NCBI GenBank assembly: GCA_964016885.1
Contig: OZ024742.1
Coordinates: 26,226,001-26,290,000, forward strand
Direction of reading: 5' to 3'
Source: Eledone cirrhosa
Taxonomy: Eukaryota
Length of the DNA: 64,000 bases
Shown: positions 1-12,859 of the stretch, one piece after another
Position numbering within the stretch: the first letter of the stretch is position 1
How the letters are laid out: every line of letters begins with the position of its first letter
The notes under the pieces: model-generated
The model's input: only the letters and a program-made list of their open reading frames with translations
The model's database searches: none
What the model was told of the DNA's origin: nothing
Translations under genes and position numbers: made by a program

Positions 1-792
1 CTAGCTTTCATTTTCTATTACAGAAGATTAGACCTAATTACCAATTGCTGGTTTTAATTTTGTTGTTGTGGATATTGTTTTCGTTGTCGTTGTTATTGTT
101 GTTGATGTTATCATGTTGCTATCAGAGTGTAAAAATATTTTTAGTGCTTTCTGGTATCAGCTTCGGCATTTTTTCTTTGGAATTGTTGCTTTTTGTTTTT
201 CTATTGTCCTGTTAGAATCTTGTTTTTCTACGCTCCTTGCCTATTACATTGATATACAGATAACTGTGTCTCATTGTTTTCGATGTGGACTAAAACATGA
301 AATTACTCTATCAACAACAATACGAACAACAATAGAGACGAAACAAATGGAGGTCGAATGACTTTTAAATCCATATTTTTATCAGACGATTCCAAGCGTT
401 ACTCAGCTTGGACAATGTTTAATTAGTCTGCTGTTAATGAAAAGAAAAGAAAATAAACTATAAGGAAAATCACAAAATTACAAAAGCGAAAAATATATGA
501 AAATTATATCTAACATAATATAGCCACACATATAAATATATATGATCCCAGAGTGATCCAGACGTTTCATTTTGCTAATGCCGAAATAAATTGTTAATCT
601 TTGTTGTGATAACGCTTTTGATGTTTTATCTTAACTGATTTCTATTCTAGGAAGTACTCTGTACACTGTTTTCTGGCAAAATAACACATCTATAAATTTT
701 ATACGAAGCTTGCCTTGCTAAAGACAAAATCAATGAATAGTTTATCAAATAATATACGCGGTGGTTATATGAAAGTTTCTAAGAAGCTAAAC

Positions 793-1046
793 TTGCGGGA
801 GTTGACATCTACCTAGGCAGAAGGATAATTAGGTTATTTAGTGTATATATTCCCCAAATATTGTATATTTCATGAGCTTAAGGATATAAAGGTTTGACGA
901 AAATCGGACTTGTTTATAGATACACTGAAACGATTGAAAGTAAGATTGCACCAAAAAAGAAAAAGGAAAGACCGGGAGGTAATATTCCAGAATATTACTT
1001 ACTATAGAGTATACAACTAACATCTGTTTCTGACATTGCATATATA

Positions 1047-1126
<80 letters not shown>

Positions 1127-1193
1127 TATATATATATACTGTATATATATATATATACTGTATATATATATATACTGTATATATATATATATA

Positions 1194-1285
<92 letters not shown>

Positions 1286-1539
1286 TATATATGCAATGTC
1301 AGAAACAGATGTTAGTTGTATAGTCAATAGTAAGTAATATTCTGGAATATTAGCTCCCGGTCTTTCCTTTTTCTTTTTTGGTGCAATCTTACTTTCAATC
1401 GTTTCAGTGTATCTATAAACAAGTCCGATTTTCGTCAAACCTTTATATCCTTAAGCTCATGAAATATACAATATTTGGGGAATATATACACTAAATAACC
1501 TAATTATCCTTCTGCCTAGGTAGATGTCAACTCCCGCAA
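793..1539. repeat. ~255-bp near-perfect inverted repeat arms around an interrupted (TA)n centre
   Basis: 793-~1050 (TTGCGGGAGTTGACATC...CTGACATTGCATATATACTG) is the reverse complement of ~1282-1539, with only a few mismatches. Confidence 0.9.
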
Positions 1540-1601
1540 AGAGTTTCGGTAGGAATTCTAAAGGAAATGAGAGTGCTCTATGTAAGCTACAGAGCTATTT
1601 A

Positions 1602-1768
1602 GTTATGTAATAAACCCCATAAGACAGTCGTTACATTTATCAAAGTTTTCACGAAGACAGATGAGCTCGACACAGACGTCTGATTTCAGACGTCTGTGTC
1701 GAGCTCGTCTGTCTTCGCAAAACCTTTGGTAAATGGAATAATTGTCTTATGCTGTTTATTACACAACC
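1602..1768. repeat. Imperfect palindrome/hairpin (fold-back element remnant)
   Basis: GAAGACAGATGAGCTCGACACAGACGTCTGA-TT-TCAGACGTCTGTGTCGAGCTCGTCTGTCTTC core centred at ~1684; arms extend ~80 bp. Confidence 0.8.
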
Positions 1769-1938
1769 ACACACACACATTCACACACACACATACACAC
1801 ACACACACACATCTATATATATATATAACGTTCAGACCCTCTTCCTGCTATATCAAGCGTTAACCTAATATACCCCTTCCATATACTTATCTATTGTGTT
1901 GTTATTTCTGTTTACCTTTTACATACATATATATATAG

Positions 1939-2039
<101 letters not shown>

Positions 2040-2044
2040 CATAT

Positions 2045-2128
<84 letters not shown>

Positions 2129-2172
2129 CGTAAAATAAGAAAATTATAAAATTAACTTATTACTAAAATTTC

Positions 2173-2255
2173 ACTCCCAACTAATTAGTTTCTGAAAGGG
2201 AATAAACATACTTTCCGAAGAAGCGTACAGAGAAGCCTTTCGTCATCAGGGAAGT
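2173..2255 (-). ncRNA. Type I hammerhead ribozyme motif, family R1
   Basis: Minus strand: ACTTCC-CTGATGA-C-GAAAGG...CCTTTC-A-GAAA-CTAATTAG-TT-GGGAGT; stems I and II pair, stem III is palindromic, GUU site. Confidence 0.75.
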
Positions 2256-3132
2256 CTATTCTCAACTAAGTTTCCAGGCAATACGTGGACACAGGGAACT
2301 CATACAAAAATAATTCAGTGGATGGAAAAAAGCAAAGCGTGGACTAAATTCCTAGCCATTGAGAAAATCACTGCCTACTGCGTCGGTGGCACATTCAAAA
2401 GAATCAATCACGTGTCATCGGGTCAATCAGTGGAAAGTGGTTTGTTAAGAAGACAGCAGCCTGACTGTTACTATAGCAGCAGTTCTGGCTAATTTTTGCT
2501 CGACAAATAATTTGGAGATGATTATATAGAATTAGTATATCTAGTAACATATATATACACAGATGCATACTTATGCTAGCAAATATATAGGTTTTGTCTT
2601 AGAAACTTTGTGGTTCAATGCATGGGGTTGCAGAACAATAATATGAGAGACGTAAAATAAGAAATTATAAAATAAGAAATTATAAAATAATGAAATTTTA
2701 GTAAATAAGTTAATTTTATAATTTTCTTATTTTACGTCTCTCATATTATTGTTCTGCATCCCCATGCATTGAACCACAAAGTTACTAAGACAAAACCTAT
2801 ATATTTGCTAGCATAAGTATGCATCTGTGTATATATATGTTACTAGATATACTAATTCTATATAATCATCTCCAAATTATTTGTCGAGCAAAAATTAGCC
2901 AAAACTGCTGCTATAGTAACAGTCAGGCTGCTGTCTTCTTAACAAACCACTTTTCACTGATTGACCTCGATGTCACGTGATTGATTCTTTTGAAGTTGCC
3001 ACCGACGCAGTAGGCAGTGATTTTCTCAATGGCTAGGAATTTAATCCACGCTTTGCTTTATTCCATCCACTGAATTATTTTTGTATAAGTTCCCTGTGTC
3101 CATGTATTGCCTGGAAACTTAGCTGAGAATAG

Positions 3133-3215
3133 ACTTCCCTGATGACGAAATGCTTCTCTGTACGCTTCTTCGGAAAGTATGTTTATTCCCTTTCAGAAAC
3201 TAATTAGTTGGGAGT
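3133..3215 (+). ncRNA. Hammerhead motif, family R1 (one stem II mismatch)
   Basis: ACTTCC-CTGATGA-CGAAATG...CCTTTCA-GAAA-CTAATTAG-TT-GGGAGT. Confidence 0.65.
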
Positions 3216-3656
3216 GAAATTTTAGTAAGTTAGTTAATTTTATAATTTTCTCATTTTACGTCTCTCATATTATTGTTCTGAAACCCCATGCATTGAACCA
3301 CAAAGTTACTAAGAGAAAACCTATATATTTGCTAGCATAAGTATGCATCTGTGTATATATATGTTACTAGATATACTAATTCTATATAATTATCTCCAAA
3401 TTATTTGTCGAGCAAAAATTAGCCAAAACTGCTGCTATAGTAACAGTCAGGCTGCTGTCTTCTTAACACACCGCTTACCATTGATTGACCTCGATGTCAC
3501 GTGATTGATTCTTTTGAATTTGCCACCGACGCAGTAGGCAGTGATTTTCTCAATGGCTAGGAACTTAGTCCACGCTTTGCTTTTTTCCATCCACTGAATT
3601 ATTTTTGTATAAGTTCCCTGTGTCCACGTATTGCCTGGAAACTTAACTGAGAATAG

Positions 3657-3739
3657 ACTTCCCTGATGACGAAAGGCTTCTCTGTACGCTTCTTCGGAAA
3701 GTATGTTTATTCCCTTTCAGAAACTAATTAGTTTGGAGT
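3657..3739 (+). ncRNA. Hammerhead motif, family R1 (stem I mismatch)
   Basis: ACTTCC-CTGATGA-CGAAAGG...CCTTTCA-GAAA-CTAATTAG-TT-TGGAGT. Confidence 0.6.
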
Positions 3740-3902
3740 GAAATTTTAGTAAGTTAATTTTATAATTTTCTTATTTTACGTCTCTCATATTATTGTTCTG
3801 CAACCCCATGCACTGAACCCCAAAGTTACCAAGACAAAACCTATATATTTGCTAGCATAAGTATGCATCTGTGTATATATATGTTACTAGATATACTAAT
3901 TC

Positions 3903-3944
<42 letters not shown>

Positions 3945-3947
3945 CTT

Positions 3948-3999
<52 letters not shown>

Positions 4000-4001
<2 letters not shown>

Positions 4002-5335
4002 TATTTATTTTAGATACGTTGCGATCTAGCTTGCAGGACTCCCATATGGGCTTATACCGCGGCAATACACTGAGCCTATCTAGCCATAAAAGTGGTCACG
4101 ATCTAGGCAGTTTTAATAAAAGATTTAATTGCAACATTTAATGAGTTAGGACTTAGGATCACAGTAGCTACTAACCTTAGTAGTGTAGATTTCTTAGATG
4201 TAAATTTAGATCGTCACACACATAACTTTAGCCATCTATAAGCTAAATGAAAAACTAAATTACATGCCCAAGAACTCATGCCACCCACAGTTTCCAGAAA
4301 GGTCCTGAAAAATATCGGCACTAGAATCTCTAATCTCTCTTCTAATAAAACTATGTTTGACAGAGCGGCACCTTGTTAGTGTTAGCTAACAGTGACTTCT
4401 CACAATCAATTGCTTGCCCACCTACTAACGCCTATAAAAATAGAAAAAGAAATTGTGCGCCCATCCCAACTCTCTTCACTCAACGTTAAAACTAATGTAG
4501 ATAAATTATATGTAGCTCTTTTGAATAGGCACTTCCGCATAGGCCATACATACCGTTACAACTTTAACAGACACAGGGTGAAACTAGGATATTTCTGTGC
4601 TAAGAATATGAAGGCCCACGTCACCAACAACTGTATGAGCAGAACCCCATCAGGATGCTCTTGTTGAAGGCCTGAAACTTGCTCCATTGAAGAACAGTGC
4701 AACAGGCTCGCTGTAATTGATGAAGCTGTAGTCAGTTCTATCTGACCAAATCAACAAGAGCTCAAATCCTATGTAGGTATGTTGGAGGCCTGTTTTAAAG
4801 AACGCTTCCTGAATCATCTGTCGACATTCAGACACCCCGGACAAACGATCGTCCACGAAGCTTGCGAGCCACATATGATCCCTCAAGGACACAGGCGTGG
4901 ATTACTCCATTCAATGTTAAATTATTAGTAAGTCTAAGCCCTACGTCTCGTGGACTGTGCATTGAAGTCATAATCAAATTCCTGAGGAGATGGGTAAAAG
5001 CGCCTGTAGAAATCAAGGGAGGAAATTTTCTCGTCTGTCCGCACGTTTGGAAACACCTATTACGTAAAGCTCCACGCTGACTGATATGAATAATCTATTA
5101 TACTCTCGAATGAATAACATGAATAATCTATTACATTCTGAGTTTCAACAGTTATTTCCCTCGCACCGATCCTACGTCAGTTAACCTCCCCTTTGGAAGT
5201 TACTTCTTCTGCATATACTTATTCGTATAATTGTTTTTACTTTTCCGTATAATCTCATTTAAACCGAGCTGATGATCCGAAAGGAAAAAATTGTTCTCGG
5301 GAATGGTGAATTAACAGTTGTGGAACTAATTCTAT
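4000..5335 (+). pseudogene. Degenerate 5'-truncated Penelope-like element (RT C-terminus, GIY-YIG, 3' HHR remnant)
   Basis: Fragments GLYRGN (cf. GLYRDD), VDFLDV, NVKTNV...[25 protein letters not shown]; decayed HHR CCGAG-CTGATGA-TCCGAAAGGA-AAAAATTGTT-CTCGG at 5264-5300; same family as 26463-27175. Confidence 0.8.
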
Positions 5336-5420
5336 ACATACAGACACACAAAGACAAACGCACACACACAGACGCACGCACACATAGACGCACACACGCA
5401 CATACACACACACACACAGA

Positions 5421-5488
<68 letters not shown>

Positions 5489-6929
5489 ATGTAGTACGCT
5501 CATGTCATGCGTAGAAAATAGGTACGATCGGTTGATATAAAATAGCCTATAAAATAGAGACGGAAAAAGAAATTGCTAGCTTAATATTAAAAGTTAAATA
5601 TTGTAAAAATTATAATTAGTGATATTAATTGTATATATATAATTAAAGACATAGCAATTACGTGCGCTATACATTGGGCCATTATCTTAAAATATACACG
5701 CTGTGTTATTTCTTCTGTAAACATTCTCCGGTGTGTATATAATCTATTTTACATTTCTGATACATTTTACATCTTATGATATATATAAATAGATTTATTG
5801 TTTTATTCTAATTGTTAAATAATTACCAATATTCCGTAAATAATTAACAGTATTACTTAATAATTATTGATTGTTTGCTACATTTAATAATACTCTTCTA
5901 TAATTTGTAGTAATTAATGGATTAGTAATAACTTTAATTTAATTTTAATTAAAATTCCAGCGCACATTTATTAAACATTTCTCAAAAGAAAATATACAAC
6001 AACAACCACAAATCATACAACATTTTATATTTCTGAAATAGCAGTTTACTTTTCAGCAATTTATTGGCAATTTACCGATTTATAATGAAAATGAGCAGTA
6101 CGTATTTAAAATTAAATTGCATGGCCTAATATGTAGAATGAATGACCAGCATATGATCTGAGGAATCTATCAATACGAATATTGCAGTTGCTTGGTTGGA
6201 GATATTTCTTGTACCACACATCTATTTAATATTTAATATAAAAGGAAAATTCCAAGCAGGCTTCAAATGCGCATTTTACGTTTCCCTTTAAGCATCTAAA
6301 TTTCATTACCGGTCATTAAATTTGAATAGAGATAACGCAAGGATGATTGTTTTTACAATGGTTCATTAAGAGGTTATATACCCAAGAAATATCAACTGAT
6401 TATTATTGCTGCTTAGACAAAAACCTGTTCAACAGATGAGGGCAGGTCTTAGACAAAATTACAAATGACAATATTAACACAATACTTAAGAAATGAAGAC
6501 ATGGTGGGGAATGACAATAAATTTGAAATAAAGTAACAAGATTGAAATCAATATAGAGTTCTTTTTTTCATTAGCTACTATATAAAAATACTACCAGGGA
6601 AATCTGGCCCTTTTCTATATTTGATTTTTGGTGGGAGCAAGTATTAACTAAAAGTTAGTATGATGTGCTGATTACGAAATATTTTCTGGACACATATTTT
6701 CAACAGGATTCAACATGTAACCCACCTCATTCAATTGTCATATTTATCACATTTCCACAATAATACCACCCTCCCAATCACACCCGTTTCTAACTACAGA
6801 ATGGAACATCCCTGACACGTTAAAACACCTGTATGTCCGATAATCCATACTACCATATGATTGCGACCTCAACCCCTCCCACATTTATGGTTATAGTATT
6901 TATTATGTTTTTTGTCTACTGTAAACGAT

Positions 6930-7110
6930 TCTGACTCAGAGAGTCTTATCTTATGACGGGCTTAACTTGACAGCTAGTGATACCTCTGACTCAGACAGTC
7001 TTATAGGTGGTCGCTACTCTCATGACAGGCTTAACCCGACAGCTCGTTTAACTTTTGATTCAGTCAGTCTTATTGCTGGTCGCTCCTTTCACGACGTGTT
7101 TAACTTGACA
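6930..7110 (+). repeat. Three diverged ~55-70-bp tandem units
   Basis: TCTGACTCAGA.AGTCTTAT...GCTTAACTTGACAGCT repeated. Confidence 0.6.
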
Positions 7111-8247
7111 TCTATATAGAAAGGATTGACAGAAGAATTAGGAGTGGAATGGTTTTGATATGTCAGCTCCATTAAAACAAATTAGAATGTAATGGACCTT
7201 CAGTTTCGACGATGTGTTTTGTAACATTTCAATCGGAAAATTAACGTATAAATAGCTGAGTATTCCAAAGACACGCGTTCCCCTAACGTGATTCTCATGA
7301 AGATTCAGCAGGACACAATTTGTGACAAGCCGCTAGTTCTTCGAAATACAGCGAGAGTCCATCTGACTAGATTCCGAATAGTTTCTGTCTATCCAATCTC
7401 ATTCAGAAAACATGAGTCCATCCGAAGCTCTCGTAAAAGGCTCCGACCGAACATGTTATGTCATGGGACCAACTAAGGAATCAAACTATTCGGCCAGGCT
7501 GCGTCCACAGTTTAGTTAATCTCCTTTATATTTTAAGATATAATTTCCTTGTTGATTTCATACTTAACTGAGTCGTTGCTTTTAAAATAGTCTCTTCCGT
7601 ATCACCGAGATCTCTAATCAATGGTGTACCATTGTTGACCATTCCATAGGGTGAATATTGACGGTTACTCCATTATTGAATGTATCTTCCCTTATTAAAT
7701 TACCTCGGGTATGATATTGTTCTGATATACCAAACAAGTAGAGTGTCCGCCCGGAGTCTTTCTCTTTTCTAGGGTCGATAAGATTAATTTCAGAGAAGCA
7801 CTACTAAGGCAAATTGAATCTACTGTACCATGACCCAGAACGTGTGCTTTGGCAGCCATAGCAAGAAACGTTATTATTCTCATTTTTGATTTAGGATGGC
7901 AGAAATCGTAAAATATCGGCAAGAAAAATCTTGATGAATGTAGTTACCTCCCTTCACATTTACACTTGATACTCTGGCTGTGTTGAAATCTCTAGGGTGT
8001 ACAAAATAATATCTAAGTATGGAAAGAGGGAAACTGAATCAATCAACTATATCCTATCTCAGTAACATTGTGGCATGGTGCCAATCTGAATAACAATAAG
8101 TATCATCGTATTTATGTTAATCATAACGATCAGGTAAATATAACGATAATAATAGTAATGATGATGATGATGATGATATAGATTTGTTGTTGTTGTTGTT
8201 GGCTGTGGTGTTGCTGTTGGTGGGGTTATAGTGGTGGTGTGGTTTTA

Positions 8248-8432
8248 CTGGCAGGGTCGTTAGAGCGTCAGCTAAAATGCATAGCACTATTTCTTCCGGC
8301 TCTTTACGTTCTCAGTTCAAATACCGTAGAGTTCAACTTTGACTACTGGGGTCGTGAAATAAAGTACAGTTAATCACAGGAGTCGGTATAATTAACTTAT
8401 CTCTCCCCTAAAAAATGTTGGCCTTATACCAA
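8248..8432 (+). mobile_element. tRNA-derived SINE (diverged)
   Basis: A-box-like TGGCAGGGTCGTTAG, B-box GTTCAAATAC, then AACTTTG...GGGGTCG..AAATAAAGTAC shared with other SINE copies in the window. Confidence 0.6.
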
Positions 8433-9126
8433 CATAAGAAGCCACATTTAGAAGGTTGCCAAGCGCTCAAGAGATTGTACTAACTGAAAAGCGTGATAGG
8501 TAGCCAGAATGAAACACTTGCGTTTTCTAGAGTGTTATTGGGAGCTATGAGCGACGATTATCTAGGATCGGTTGTAGACGTCAATACGAACAATTTGACC
8601 AGGATCTTTCGCAGGTTTTAAATTGTGATAGGATCAGTTGGGTGAGTGACTGAAAAATACAGAACAAAACCTTTATAGAATCAGCCCTGGCTTTACAGCA
8701 TTGCAGAAAATGACACCCCTGGGAAAATTAAATATCCTTTGAAAAGTACTGTATCTGAGGTTACATAGCATGATAGGAAGTCAATTAAATAATCTAGTGT
8801 TAATCATCACTGTGCACATGAATATGACTAATAATAATGATAACACCAGTATTATCCTCAGTAGGACTATAGGGAATTACGTAATGAACGTCATCATCAT
8901 CAGAATCATCATCAACATCATCATTAACATCATTATCATCACCATCATCACCCTCATCAACATCAACATCATCATTATCATCGTTACTAACATCAAAATA
9001 TCTCTAATTGTTAATTTCAACGAAGATGAAAGAGGAAATAGAACAAAGACATTTTAGTAACAATACTATTATAATTTATTTTTGCATATATACGATAGAT
9101 ATATATATATATGTGTTGTATATGTG

Positions 9127-9180
<54 letters not shown>

Positions 9181-9339
9181 GAGGGTGTCCATAACAATAT
9201 AAACACACTTCGACAGCATTCTAATAAATATTGCCTGTACAGGTAATCTATTTTTGTATACATTATTGGAGGATATCCTGTATATGGATAAACATATGCA
9301 CACGCACACGCACACAAACACACACACACACTAACACAC

Positions 9340-9386
<47 letters not shown>

Positions 9387-9516
9387 AAAAGTTATATACG
9401 TGTATATGTATACATATATAGGTATACATAGAGGAGCCATTATGTTTTTCAAAAATAAAAATACTATTGAATTAAAAATCATATGAAAAGAATGATGTTC
9501 ATAATAATAATAATAA

Positions 9517-9646
9517 TTGTTTCTACTTTTGGCACAAGGCCGGCAATTACCCAGTACATTACTGGTACTTTATTTTATCGACCCCGTAAGGATGAAAGGC
9601 AAAGTTAACCTCGGCGGGATTTGAACTCAGATCATAAAGGGACGTT
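9517..9646 (-). mobile_element. tRNA-derived SINE, 5'-truncated
   Basis: Reverse complement of GAGTTCAAATCCCGCCGAGGTTAACTTTGCCTTTCATCCTTACGGGGTCGATAAAATAAAGTACC...GGCCTTGTGCCAAAAGTAGAAACAATT. Confidence 0.8.
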
Positions 9647-9869
9647 AATAATAATAATACTATTAATATTAAAACTATAGAAGTAAACACAACCACTAGC
9701 TTGCTGATAAAGACAAATGTCATCAGTGTTTTAGCTTAACATTATCGGCGTTGGAGACTTGAAATTCACAACTGGTCTTGATACTTAGTTCCTTATCAAT
9801 ATACCTCGCCATATATATACATACTCACACGCACACACATACACACATATATATATATGTATATATATA

Positions 9870-10092
9870 TAGGAAAAAGTATGACCCCGACGGTAGAGCT
9901 CAAGCCGTTTCGACGGCTATTTCTGGACTAAATTAGAATTTTTAGCCTGATTCACCAGAAATAGCCGTCGAAACGGCTTGAGCTGTGCCGTCGGGGTCAT
10001 ACTCTTTCCTATTTCCCACTCTACTACCCTAAGTATTGAGTACTCTGGTGCGTTATGGTCAATCTCGTTCCTTACCATAATTCCTTTGTTAT
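9870..10092 (+). mobile_element. Solo fold-back pseudo-LTR fragment related to the 48.9-52.9-kb PLE, in (TA)n
   Basis: TAGCCGTCGAAACGGCTTGAGCT..GCCGTCGGGGTC...CCCACTCTACTACC...TTAT, preceded by its own inverted partial copy. Confidence 0.8.
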
Positions 10093-10099
10093 ATATATA

Positions 10100-10332
10100 T
10101 ATGTATGTATGTAAAAGGTAAGCAGACATAACAACACATTCGGTACAGTATATGGAAGGAATATATTAGGATAACGCTTGAAATAGCAGGAAGAGGGTCT
10201 TAATATTTCGGACGCTAGTCCTTCATCAGAAGAAAGGAAGAGAAATTAAATGGATTGAAGGGATGGGCGGGGTGTAATAAGAAAACAAATGCTTTTAGAG
10301 AAAAATAACAGGTCCATCTATGTTGCCATTTC
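10100..10332 (-). mobile_element. Short HHR-bearing PLE-like terminal fragment (family H); HHR at 10198-10233
   Basis: Minus strand TCTT-CTGATGA-A-GGAC-TAGC-GTCC-GAAA-TA-TT-AAGA; paralogs at 11768-11985 and partial at 1828-1925. Confidence 0.65.
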
Positions 10333-10367
10333 GTGTGTGTGTGTGTGTGTGTTTGATATATGTTAAG

Positions 10368-10690
10368 TGTCATGGCTTATTGGTTGGACATTTGGGCATG
10401 CAATTAAGAGGTTGTGAGTTTGAATCTGGGACCGGGGAGGGGGGGGACCGTTGTGTCCTTGTGTATGATACTTTATTTCACGTCAATCCAGTATACTCAG
10501 CTGTAAAAATGAATTGTGACATCACTGGTGACAAGATGTATTGGCGGTTACCTTTTTCTTAGGATAATATCAGTGGCGTGGAGAGGGGAGATAGTATACA
10601 TGGATGACAACTGGTCTTCCACAAGACTTGTACTGGCTCGGGGGGACATTTTCTAGTTGCAAAACCATGTCATTAGCCAGCGATTGGGAC
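10368..10690 (+). mobile_element. Second tRNA-derived SINE family
   Basis: A-box-like TGGCTTATTGGTT, B-box-like GAGTTTGAATCT, then TTGTGTCCTTG...CTTTATTTCAC...CCAGT..ACTCAGCTG core; related reverse copy at ~36100-36540. Confidence 0.55.
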
Positions 10691-10728
10691 CTTACATATA
10701 TTATATGTATATATATATATATATATTT

Positions 10729-10788
10729 AGTTTCAGAAGATCCCGTTAAGGGTGAAATCAGCGGTTCTTTGATTAAACTTTAATCTGT
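10729..10788 (+). ncRNA. Hammerhead-like motif with CAGAAGA core (family A)
   Basis: AGTTT-CAGAAGA-TCCC-GTTAA-GGGT-GAAA-TCA...TGA-TT-AAACT; stem III is T-A here where other copies have G-C. Confidence 0.55.
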
Positions 10789-10799
10789 GATTTTAATAA

Positions 10800-10849
<50 letters not shown>

Positions 10850-11058
10850 GTAATAATAATAAATGTGAAGACTAAGATCCGAAGTGGCCTCGATAAAGGA
10901 TAATATATATCTAAAACATATAAAACCGTAGTGCAAGTATTTATTAAAATAACAGATTAAAGTTTAAGCAAAGAATCGTTGCTTTCACCTTTAATGGGAC
11001 CTTAAGAAGATCCGGTTAAGGGTGAAAGCGAGGATTATTTGCTTAAAATTTAATACAT
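10850..11058. mobile_element. Family A fold-back fragment (tail plus inverted pLTR end)
   Basis: Matches 23910-24060 and the reverse complement of 40120-40270; another fragment at 12164-12300. Confidence 0.7.
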
Positions 11059-11075
11059 ATTTCTAGGGCGGGTAA

Positions 11076-11708
11076 AATTCCCGAGATCCATGGACGAGTT
11101 CTCTCGAGCGGTCTCAGTCCCTCATTATCGCTGCCATGTCCTGCGTCTCCAACAGACCAATGTCTGTCCTTAGGGCATCAACATACGTTAACCTTGGTCT
11201 TCTTCTTCCAGTGTATCCATGTAGGGGCTCCCACAGGAGCACTGAGTGCAATGTCAACACTGGATGTCGGTGAGCATGTCCAGCTAACCTCAGTCTCCGC
11301 TGTGTCACTTTTGAGCTGACTTTTGGGAGGCTCCCATACAGCTCTGTGTTTTTCATCCTCAGTGTACACTGATTAATGTTCAGAGCCATCCTCAGCATTC
11401 TCGTGTAGCACCCATCCACCATCTGAGTGAGTTTCTTGGTCAGTGTCCAAGTCTCCGACATGTACAGCAACAAAGACTCCACTACAGGAATGCAGATGCG
11501 GATTTTCAGGTCTTTACGAAGGTCCGACTTCCTCACCGATCTCAAGCTGTGGGGCGCCGCCCAGGTTTGCTCTTCCTCTCAACCACATCATCTTCCGTAT
11601 TCCCAATCTTTGCTCCCAAATACAGGAAGTCCTCAACCAATTCTAATGGCTTCCCGCCTGCATTAGTGATCCCCTCTGGCCTCTTAACATTCTCTAACAG
11701 ATATTTTG

Positions 11709-11712
<4 letters not shown>
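11076..11712 (-). mobile_element. RTE-type LINE 3' fragment
   Basis: ORF 11114-11545 (VESLLLYMSETWTLTK...DGCYTRMLRMALN...RRLRLAGH); close paralog of 17873-18510. Confidence 0.9.
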
Positions 11713-11744
<32 letters not shown>

Positions 11745-11857
11745 CATATATATATATACATATATATATGTATGTAAAAGGTAAACAGAAATAACACAAT
11801 CAGTACATTATATGGAATGTATATATTAGCTTAACGTTTTAAATAGCAGGAAGGGGG

Positions 11858-11893
11858 TCTCAACGTTTCGGACGCTAGTCCTTCATCAGAAGA
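11858..11893 (-). ncRNA. Minimal type I hammerhead (family H)
   Basis: TCTT-CTGATGA-A-GGAC-TAGC-GTCC-GAAA-CG-TT-GAGA; palindromic AACGTT stem III as in minimal PLE HHRs. Confidence 0.7.
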
Positions 11894-12057
11894 AAGAAAG
11901 AGAAATAAAATAGATTAAGGAACGGGCGGGATCGAATTGGAAAAATGTATTTAGGTAAAAATAATAGGTCCATTCATGTTGACATCTCTTGCAAAACTGT
12001 TGTGGCTGGCATTTTGTGTATGATATTTTTTTTAAAAAGTGGATAATGGCGCGCGTC

Positions 12058-12169
<112 letters not shown>

Positions 12170-12297
12170 TAACAGATTACAGTTTAAGCCAAGAACTGGT
12201 GCTTTGAACCTTATTTGCTCTACGGTTCTTATATATCTGATATATATTTATCCTTATCGAGCCCTCTTTCGATTTTAGTCTTCAAATTTATTATTAT

Positions 12298-12365
<68 letters not shown>

Positions 12366-12859
12366 ATGTGCGTGTGCGTGTGTCTATGCGTGTGCGAACA
12401 CGCCGCGAACGACTTCTTGTGTCAGTGTGATGTTTGTATTTGAATGTGTGTGTTTTAGTTTTGTGTTAGCAGATATATGTTCTCATATTTTAAAAAAAAA
12501 CAGAAACGTGGCTTCTCTACTCATTGCAGCTGTTTGTCAATAGCTGTTTCCCTGTATTGCTACGTGTTCTTCAACAAAAGCAAGACGTATGTAATATATA
12601 GCTATGCTCATTAAGATAATATATGTTGAAAACGGAAGTGTTTGGAATGCGGCGAGTATATTTTAGAATTGGAATAGAAATAAGATTCAACGTAATTTTT
12701 TTACAATACAATATAGTCTAATAATGGGACATATAAACCCACTCAACCTGAAATTATTTTGGTGAAGCTTCTATTTCAATTGAAACATGTGTTGAATAAT
12801 GTTGCGCCCGCTCCTGTATGTGGGTTGAGAAAAAATGTATACTGCAGCTGCACTTTACA

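Larger units (their letters stand above)
2120..3905 (+). mobile_element. Non-coding ~522-bp HHR-bearing repeat (retrozyme or PLE pseudo-LTR-like, family R1): one inverted unit plus ~2.3 tandem units, inserted in (TA)n
   Basis: Marker ACGTCTCTCATATTATTG at 2734, 3258 and 3778; 2120-~2690 is the reverse complement; one HHR per unit; (TA)n on both flanks. Confidence 0.8.

Noticed and set aside
68-361. 97-aa hydrophobic ORF as a membrane protein exon
   Set aside because: Driven by GTT/T-rich low complexity; no recognisable domain or supported splice structure
7150-7950. Possible decayed LINE ORF1 on the minus strand
   Set aside because: Only vague resemblance and many stops; not supportable without a search
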